Source: Vulcanimicrobiales bacterium
GTDB taxonomy: Bacteria > Vulcanimicrobiota > Vulcanimicrobiia > Vulcanimicrobiales > Vulcanimicrobiaceae
Length of the DNA: 64,000 bases
Assembly: GCA_038231455.1 (NCBI GenBank)
Contig: JBBRLI010000001.1
Span: forward strand, 192,001-256,000
Direction of reading: 5' to 3'
The notes under the pieces were generated by a model, which had not been told where the DNA came from, searched no databases, and saw only the letters and a list, made by a program, of their open reading frames with translations. The translations under genes and the position numbers were made by a program. This document shows, piece after piece, positions 57,730-64,000 of this stretch (its first letter is position 1; each line of letters opens with the position of its first letter).

Positions 57730-57912
57730 TTAGTGCTCGTGATCGTGTTCGTGATCGTGCGGATGCGCGTGCTCGGTTCCGTCGCCGTGCCGATGCGCGT
57801 CCTCGCCATCGATATGTACGTGCTGGTGATCGTGGTCGTTGTGGCCGTGTTCGTGCGCATGTTCGATTCCGTCGGCATGCGCGTGTTTGTGAATGTGCTC
57901 GTCGTTCTGCAT
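57730..57912 (-). CDS. Histidine-rich metal-binding micro-protein (60 aa, 21 His)
   Basis: AGGAAAGG RBS; alternating H-x-H tracts; located among Ni transporter genes. Confidence 0.8.
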   Translation of the reverse strand: MQNDEHIHKHAHADGIEHAHEHGHNDHDHQHVHIDGEDAHRHGDGTEHAHPHDHEHDHEH

Positions 57913-57972
57913 GGAGTGCCTTTCCTAGCTCGTCGATCAAAATTCGGCCGCGCTCGGCTCCGTTGCCTTCTT

Positions 57973-58623
57973 CTATAGCACCGGGAAGATCAAAAAAACG
58001 ACGCCAACGAGGGCGATAAACGCGCCACTGATCACTTCGCCATATTTTTCGAACGATCCCAGTCGCACGCGCTGCAATCCGGCCGCCGAGTAGATGCAGA
58101 GCACCACGTATGTTGCGATTGTCGAGATGGCAAACGCGACAGACATGATCGCGATCAGGCCGATGCCATATTTTCCGGCGGCGAAGAACGCCGGTATACC
58201 TTCGACCATTGGCGACGAGCCAAGGATCAAAAGGAGCGCGGTGCGATTCGATCGCGGCGCGTGCCCCGGTAGGTCGTGGTCGTGGTCGTGGTGATGTTCG
58301 GCCGCCGATTGCATCTCGCGGATGGACGAGATCGCGATCCAAGCGCCAAAGCCAATTAGCGCGAGACTCGAGATCATCGACACGATCGAACCGAAACGAG
58401 TCGCAAACGCCGCACCCGCGATCCACACGATGAGCCCGATGAATAAGGTCGAGAGCACATGCCCCGTGCCAGCCCGGAAGGCGGCGAGCGCCGTCTCGCG
58501 TCGCGACCAGCGCTGCTGACGCGCGAGTAAGGTAATTGGTACCCAGTGATCGGGGACGATCGTATGCAACACGCCGACGGCGATGACGGCACCGATCAGG
58601 AGCGCTTGCGGAGCGAAGGTCAT
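57973..58623 (-). CDS. Ni/Co transporter-like membrane protein (NicO/RcnA/UreH-like)
   Basis: GVLHTIVPDHW, GTGHVLST, HHHDHDH loop, SSPMVEGIP; about 6 TM helices. Confidence 0.75.
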   Translation of the reverse strand: MTFAPQALLIGAVIAVGVLHTIVPDHWVPITLLARQQRWSRRETALAAFRAGTGHVLSTLFIGLIVWIAGAAFATRFGSIVSMISSLALIGFGAWIAISSIREMQSAAEHHHDHDHDLPGHAPRSNRTALLLILGSSPMVEGIPAFFAAGKYGIGLIAIMSVAFAISTIATYVVLCIYSAAGLQRVRLGSFEKYGEVISGAFIALVGVVFLIFPVL

Positions 58624-58701
58624 ACATCGGGGCTTCGCGCTCGCAACTGAAGCTCACTCCGCAACGGTTGTGCGAAGTGCTCGAAGAAGGGCAAGGCATG
58701 C

Positions 58702-61008
58702 ATGAAACACGTTAAGAATGTAGCAAAAGATCCCGTTTGCGGAATGGACGTCGATCCGGCCGACTCGGATCAATCGACCGAGTACAACGGAACGACCTAC
58801 CACTTTTGTTCGGCGGGCTGCCGCTCCAAATTCATCGCTCATCCCGCGCAGTTTCTCGAACCGCCGGTCGCGACGCCCGTCGTCGAGGGTGCGATCTACA
58901 CGTGTCCGATGCATCCGCAGATTCGGCAAGTTGGACCCGGCAGCTGTCCGATTTGCGGAATGGCGCTCGAACCGGTGACGGTCTCCGCCGTCGAGCTCCC
59001 AAACGAGGAGCTCCAAGATATGACCCGCCGTTTTTGGATCGGCGCAGCACTCGCACTACCCGTTTTTCTCTTAGAGATGGCGAGCCATATTCCGGCCGTC
59101 CACCTCGAGACACTCGTGTCGGAACGCGCATCGGTTTGGATTCAGTTCGTTCTCTCAACACCCGTTGTGCTCTGGGCGGGATGGCCGTTTTTTGTTCGCG
59201 GCTGGGCGTCGGTTCGTACGCGAAATCTCAACATGTTCACGCTCATTGCGCTTGGAACCGGCACGGCATATCTCTACAGCCTTGTCGCAACATTCGCACC
59301 GGGGCTCTTTCCCGCGGGTTTCCGGATGATGGGCGGCGTCGTGCCCGTGTACTACGAGGCGGCGGCCGTGATCACGGTCCTCGTGCTCCTCGGGCAGGTT
59401 CTGGAGTTGCGCGCACGCGAGCAAACCGGCGGTGCGATTCGCGCGCTGCTCAACCTCGCGCCGAAGAATGCGCGACGAGTTCGTGCGGACGGCACCGATG
59501 AAGACGTCGCCGTTGACATCGTCATTCGCGGCGATCGGCTACGCGTGCGACCGGGCGAAGCCGTCCCCGTCGACGGCGTCGTTCTCGAAGGCCGCAGTGC
59601 CGTCGATGAATCGATGGTCACCGGCGAATCACTTCCGAATTCCAAAGCACCCAGCGACAAGCTGATCGGCGGGACGATTAATGGAACGGGGTCGCTATTG
59701 ATGCGCGCAGACGCGGTCGGTTCCGACACCATGCTCGCCCGAATCGTCGCAATGGTAGCGGAGGCGCAGCGGAGTCGCGCGCCGATTCAAAAACTCGCCG
59801 ACACCGTCGCCGGTTATTTCGTCCCCATCGTCTTGGCGGTCGCACTCGTCGCTTTTGCCGCGTGGGCAATTTGGGGGCCGGCCCCCTCGCTTGCGTACGC
59901 ACTGATCGCGGCAGTTTCCGTCGTGATCATTGCGTGCCCGTGCGCGCTCGGACTCGCAACGCCGATGTCGATCGGCGTCGGCGTCGGCAAAGGCGCGAGC
60001 GCCGGCGTTCTGATCAAATCCGCCGAAGCGCTCGAGCGTTTGGAAAAAGTCGACACGTTGGTGATCGACAAGACGGGCACGCTTACCGAAGGCAAGCCAC
60101 GCGTGACGTCCGTGATTACGGCCCCCGGTCAGACCGAAACCGCAATCGTCGCACTTGCAGCGAGTCTCGAACGATCGAGCGAACATCCCCTTGCCGCAGC
60201 GATCGTTGCAGCGGCGGCAGAGCGCTCGATCGCGCTAAGCGAACCGGCGAATTTCGAATCGATCACCGGCCAAGGTGTTGTCGGTACGATCGACGCGCAC
60301 GCGGTAGCGCTCGGCAATGCGGCGCTCATGAGCGAGCGCGGCGTAGCGCTCGGCGAGATCGAATTGCAAGCCGATGCGCTCCGGCGGAGCGGCGCTACCG
60401 CGCTCTATATCAGCATCGACGGCACGATTGCCGGAGCGATCGCAATCGCCGACCCGATCAAGTCGACAACCGCATCAGCCCTTGCCGACCTCCGCGCGCA
60501 CAATATCCGCATCGTTATGCTCACGGGCGATAACCGCCTCACCGCCGAGTTCGTCGCTAAACACCTTGGCATCGACGAATTCCACGCCGACGTGCTACCC
60601 GAGGACAAAGGGCGGATCGTCAACGAACTGCGCGCGAGCGGTAAGGTCGTCGCGATGGCAGGCGACGGCATCAACGACGCACCCGCACTCGCAGCTGCCG
60701 ACGTTGGCATCGCAATGGGGACGGGGACCGAAGTTGCGATCCAGAGTGCCGGCATGACGCTCGTCAAAGGCGATCTTGCCGGCATCGCGCGCGCCCGCAA
60801 ACTGAGCCGCGCGACCATGCGCAATATTCGAGAGAATCTGGCCTTTGCGTTTCTCTATAACGTGCTGGGCATCCCGATCGCGGCAGGCGTTCTCTACCCC
60901 GTGTTCGGGCTTCTTCTGAGCCCGGTCATCGCAGCACTTGCAATGTCGTTCAGTTCCGTTTCTGTCATCACCAACGCACTACGACTGCGCGGTCTGCGCC
61001 TCTCGTAG
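58702..61008 (+). CDS. copA: Cu(I)/Ag(I)-translocating P1B-type ATPase with YHS and heavy-metal-binding N-terminus
   Basis: KDPVCGM..HFCS..C, YTCPMHP..CPICGM, TGES, CPC, DKTGT, SEHP, YN, MSFSS. Confidence 0.95.
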   Translation: MKHVKNVAKDPVCGMDVDPADSDQSTEYNGTTYHFCSAGCRSKFIAHPAQFLEPPVATPVVEGAIYTCPMHPQIRQVGPGSCPICGMALEPVTVSAVELPNEELQDMTRRFWIGAALALPVFLLEMASHIPAVHLETLVSERASVWIQFVLSTPVVLWAGWPFFVRGWASVRTRNLNMFTLIALGTGTAYLYSLVATFAPGLFPAGFRMMGGVVPVYYEAAAVITVLVLLGQVLELRAREQTGGAIRALLNLAPKNARRVRADGTDEDVAVDIVIRGDRLRVRPGEAVPVDGVVLEGRSAVDESMVTGESLPNSKAPSDKLIGGTINGTGSLLMRADAVGSDTMLARIVAMVAEAQRSRAPIQKLADTVAGYFVPIVLAVALVAFAAWAIWGPAPSLAYALIAAVSVVIIACPCALGLATPMSIGVGVGKGASAGVLIKSAEALERLEKVDTLVIDKTGTLTEGKPRVTSVITAPGQTETAIVALAASLERSSEHPLAAAIVAAAAERSIALSEPANFESITGQGVVGTIDAHAVALGNAALMSERGVALGEIELQADALRRSGATALYISIDGTIAGAIAIADPIKSTTASALADLRAHNIRIVMLTGDNRLTAEFVAKHLGIDEFHADVLPEDKGRIVNELRASGKVVAMAGDGINDAPALAAADVGIAMGTGTEVAIQSAGMTLVKGDLAGIARARKLSRATMRNIRENLAFAFLYNVLGIPIAAGVLYPVFGLLLSPVIAALAMSFSSVSVITNALRLRGLRLS

Positions 61009-61014
61009 TGCGAA

Positions 61015-61797
61015 TCAGCAATGGTGAGACATCAAATAGGCGGCGTTCCCCAGAAAAATAAAGTGGCTTGAAATGAGAGCGACGAGCACCACACCGGCGA
61101 CGACCGCCGGCCAAAGGCTCATGCTCGAACGTCGTCCGACAAGCGCCCGCAATCTCCACGTAAGGAGCGGCGAGCGTTCGCGTACCGCCGCGCGGACGAG
61201 CAGTGCACGATAACGCTCGACGGCAGCACCCGCGGTCTCACGATCGGCAATCTCTTCGCGTCGCGCATGTCGCCAGCGCTCGAGCGATCGGAAGCCGGGC
61301 AACATCAGAAAGCGCGTGACGATACGCCAGGCAAAGGCCTTGTCCGAATGGCGGCGTGCGATGTGCACGAGTTCGTGGCGCAGTGTGAGTGCGAGTTCCT
61401 CATCATCGAGCGGGTCCATGAAGCCGCGCGAAATGAGAATCTTCGTTCTGCCGTTCGCCGTGAAGCAAAACGATTGCGTAACATCGAGATACGCAGACGA
61501 AGGAACGGCGCATCCGAGCGCGGCCGATTCGCGAGCGAGCAGCAGGCGCAAGCGATCGGGGGGCGGCGTGGCAAAACCCGCCAGTTGATCGAGCCGCTCG
61601 CGCGCGCGAGCGTCGGCCACCACGACGAGTGCCGCGGACACGAGCCCGTAGGCAAGTAAGATTTGCGGCATATACTCGTGCGTAAAGAGCAGCGAGTGGT
61701 ACACCGGATCGATCCCCGAGAGCCAGCAGTACCGGCCGGCAAAATCACCGAGCGGAATAAAGAAAATCAGCGGCCAGACGTACCGGATAAAGCGCAA
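61015..61797 (-). CDS. BlaR1/M56-M48-like membrane zinc metalloprotease
   Basis: ILISRGF, LRHELVH, REEIAD; TM helices; directly follows the BlaI-like gene. Confidence 0.8.
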   Translation of the reverse strand: MRFIRYVWPLIFFIPLGDFAGRYCWLSGIDPVYHSLLFTHEYMPQILLAYGLVSAALVVVADARARERLDQLAGFATPPPDRLRLLLARESAALGCAVPSSAYLDVTQSFCFTANGRTKILISRGFMDPLDDEELALTLRHELVHIARRHSDKAFAWRIVTRFLMLPGFRSLERWRHARREEIADRETAGAAVERYRALLVRAAVRERSPLLTWRLRALVGRRSSMSLWPAVVAGVVLVALISSHFIFLGNAAYLMSHHC

Positions 61798-61799
61798 GC

Positions 61800-62189
61800 T
61801 TACCGGTCCACATCCTGGCGTCGCGCGATTGCCTCAGCGAGCGCGTCGAGATGATCTCCCTGTGCTACGAGTTCGACAAAGCCGTGGATCGCGGCCGACC
61901 CATGGGACTGCATGAGATCGCCAAGTACGCTCGAGACGGTCTTCGCGACCCACTCTTCGCGCGTGAACAGCGCGCGGTAAACGACCGACTTGTGTTCGCT
62001 GCCAACTTTCTGCACGAACCCCTTCTGCACGAGGCGCGAGAGTTCGGTAAAGATCGTCGTATACGCGACCGGCTCGCCGACGGCAATCGATCGATGGACG
62101 TCGACCGGCGTTTGCGAGCCGTGCTTCCAAAGCTGTTCCATGATCGCAAGTTGCCGCGGTCCGAGCGAAATCGACGTGTTGCGATTCAT
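61800..62189 (-). CDS. BlaI/MecI/CopY family repressor
   Basis: LGPRQLAIMEQLW, VAYTTIFTELSRLVQKG, YRA..TREE. Confidence 0.9.
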   Translation of the reverse strand: MNRNTSISLGPRQLAIMEQLWKHGSQTPVDVHRSIAVGEPVAYTTIFTELSRLVQKGFVQKVGSEHKSVVYRALFTREEWVAKTVSSVLGDLMQSHGSAAIHGFVELVAQGDHLDALAEAIARRQDVDR

Positions 62190-62764
62190 TTGGGCTGCAT
62201 TTGCATCCCCGGGACATGTTCGTCACGAGCATGCGATCCCGGAGCGGCCGAGCTCGGCATCTTCTTCCAAGCGACGTCCACCGGTTTCGGAAGCTTATCG
62301 AGGTGTTTGAGCAGCATCGTCACCTGCCACACCTCACGCGAGGTTAGGGATTTTGCAAACGCCGGCATCGCTGTGAATCGGATACCGTGCTGAATTTTCC
62401 AGGCGGTCGCGCCTTCCGGGTCGTCTTCGGCGCCGTCGGTTGCGAATTGCGGTGAGGGCACGTAGAAGCCGAGCGCGGCGTTCGACGCTTTTCCGTCAGA
62501 GGTACCGTGACACATCGAGCAGTTTTGCTGATACACGTGCAGTCCGGCGCCCAAATTTGCCACATTCAGGGGCAACGGATTTTTCGCGTCTCCCATCTCG
62601 CGTTCGGAAACGCGATGCACGGCCATCATCGCAAGGTTCGCCTCGATCGCCGACGGTGCGATATCGGCGCGCATCGGCATGTATCCCATGTTCGCGGTTA
62701 GGCCGACGAAGGCGACGACCAAAAGCACGAAAACTCCGACGCCGACGACGATACCGCGCAGCAC
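62186..62764 (-). CDS. Membrane-anchored monoheme cytochrome c
   Basis: N-terminal TM, KNPL, CSMCH heme motif, W.IQHGIRFTAMPAF. Confidence 0.9.
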   Translation of the reverse strand: MLRGIVVGVGVFVLLVVAFVGLTANMGYMPMRADIAPSAIEANLAMMAVHRVSEREMGDAKNPLPLNVANLGAGLHVYQQNCSMCHGTSDGKASNAALGFYVPSPQFATDGAEDDPEGATAWKIQHGIRFTAMPAFAKSLTSREVWQVTMLLKHLDKLPKPVDVAWKKMPSSAAPGSHARDEHVPGMQMQPK

Positions 62765-64000
62765 TAGTGTCCGCCCATCGACATGCCGGGGGTGCGCGCC
62801 ATATCCGGCGGCCGAACGCGCAGGTACACCTGGAATCCAATCGGGGTCTGGGAACCGTAGGTGGGAGTGAGACGCGCGCTCTTCGCGTTGAGGGTTAGTT
62901 GTGCGCCGAGTCCGACACTAGCGGCGGCTGGATTCCGGCTCAAATCGTGCACGCCTCCAAGCGAATACGCGCCCACTTGATACACCGTCTCGGGATCGAC
63001 GAGTGGAATAACCAGATCGCGAGCGGTGCGCGTGCCGAGTTCGATACGAGCGAAGAGCGTATTGCGACCGCTCTGGTAATCGGTTTCGGCAAGATACGAA
63101 CTCGTTCGATTTCCGCCGCTCTCGACATTCTGTCCGAACACAAAGCCAGTATACCAGTTCCGATCGGCTCCAAGCGTCCGGTTGAGCAGCAACGAGCCGG
63201 TGATCCGGTGTTGGTTGCTCGCAGGCGACAACACTTCGGGGCTCTTGATGAAACCATATGAGACCTGGACTGCGGCGTCGTTGCTGGGATTCCACGAAAA
63301 GCGCTCGCTGTACGAATCCAAGTGGATCGGATCGAAGTTCGTGCGAATTTCATTGGGCTCGCGACCCGTGAACGTGCTTGCTTCGAGCTTGAAATGCGTG
63401 CTCGGCGCGAATCCAAGGGTCGCGACGCCGAATTGGATGTGCGTCGCGTCCATCCAGTGGTGTCCGATCGTCGATTCAGGCATATCGTAGGCGATCCGGC
63501 GATGCATGTAGACCGGCGGTCCAAGCGCGGGTTCGCCGGGATAGCCGACGTAGGCGTACGCGGACGCGGTCTTGCCGATCTTCATCGAATAGTCGAGCGC
63601 GAGTTCGGAGAAAAGATCGTGTGGATGTTGGTGATCGTGTAACGCGACGCCGTGCGCCGTCTCACCCGTTTGGAAGAGCAGTGGATAGCCGCTCTGATTT
63701 TCCGTCAACACATCGGCGCTAACCATCGCGCGATAGCCAAGTTGCGCGGTCGCTCCGAGGGCGTGCGTACCCATGATCATGAGCCAATTCGGCGCGTCAG
63801 CGCGCCGGTCGCCGCGATTTGAACCGCTGGAAACGTAGCGCGGGAAGATGGCTCCGTGTTCCATCGTCATATCGTTGCCGTGCATCTGCGTCCAACCGAA
63901 CATTTGGGTCGAGCGCGGTACCCACGATGTCCCCGAGCCTTCTTGACTCATCGGATCGACGAGATTCGTCGTCGAGGCCATATCGACGGATGCGCCCATC
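62764..64000 (-). CDS. Probable outer-membrane protein with Met/His-rich segments (5' end outside the window)
   Basis: EGSGTSWVP, LLFQTGET, HDHQHPHDLFSEL, GHHWMDATHI; alternating beta-strand pattern; tail MARTPGMSMGGH. Confidence 0.65.
   Translation of the reverse strand, partial: MGASVDMASTTNLVDPMSQEGSGTSWVPRSTQMFGWTQMHGNDMTMEHGAIFPRYVSSGSNRGDRRADAPNWLMIMGTHALGATAQLGYRAMVSADVLTENQSGYPLLFQTGETAHGVALHDHQHPHDLFSELALDYSMKIGKTASAYAYVGYPGEPALGPPVYMHRRIAYDMPESTIGHHWMDATHIQFGVATLGFAPSTHFKLEASTFTGREPNEIRTNFDPIHLDSYSERFSWNPSNDAAVQVSYGFIKSPEVLSPASNQHRITGSLLLNRTLGADRNWYTGFVFGQNVESGGNRTSSYLAETDYQSGRNTLFARIELGTRTARDLVIPLVDPETVYQVGAYSLGGVHDLSRNPAAASVGLGAQLTLNAKSARLTPTYGSQTPIGFQVYLRVRPPDMARTPGMSMGGH

Noticed and set aside
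57730-57900. GTGATC/GTGTTC-like short repeats as a CRISPR or tandem array
   Set aside because: They are His codons of the micro-protein; there is no repeat-spacer structure and no cas gene.
61015-62189. Beta-lactam resistance locus
   Set aside because: No beta-lactamase or penicillin-binding sensor domain; the neighbours are copper-related.

Overview
A gene-dense, GC-rich bacterial chromosome segment. It comes from a diderm organism (TonB-dependent receptor, beta-barrel porins) with a Firmicutes-like miaB-mutS-mutL-miaA-hfq gene order. A Ca. Eremiobacterota/Vulcanimicrobiota-like host is my inference and is unverified. Left to right: surE/uvrC/dedA and tRNA-Pro(CGG); a potassium locus (two TrkA-type RCK genes, a NarL-type regulator with a TM-GAF histidine kinase, a soluble tandem-duplicated KdpD-N/Usp protein, and a kdpFABC operon with an extra 27-aa peptide and a porin); a PEGA-miaB-mutS-mutL-miaA-hfq-dapF-radical SAM operon; der-plsY-efp; a CHASE2 adenylate cyclase with a FecR partner; tauE and a cysteine dioxygenase-like gene; sprT, TPR, dppA, pheA; paaI/paaN; a DEAD-box helicase; an orphan Phd/YefM antitoxin; a diiron protein; GGDEF/HD-GYP/Hpt genes; TetR and an orphan 2-oxoacid dehydrogenase E1-alpha. 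From about 48.4 kb to the window end lies a metal-handling island, the best candidate for an undescribed system. It holds four NiCoT/RcnA-type transporters, a split DUF4331-like pair whose mature N-terminus would be an ATCUN (Ser-Asp-His) Ni/Cu site, a TPR protein, a TonB-dependent receptor, a 35%-His micro-protein next to an RHH-like protein, two copies of a TGTCTAC-N3-GTAGAC palindrome, and a CopA/BlaI/M56/cytochrome c copper module. No CRISPR array, rRNA, transposase or integrase was seen. All family calls are from motif recognition by eye, not database searches.
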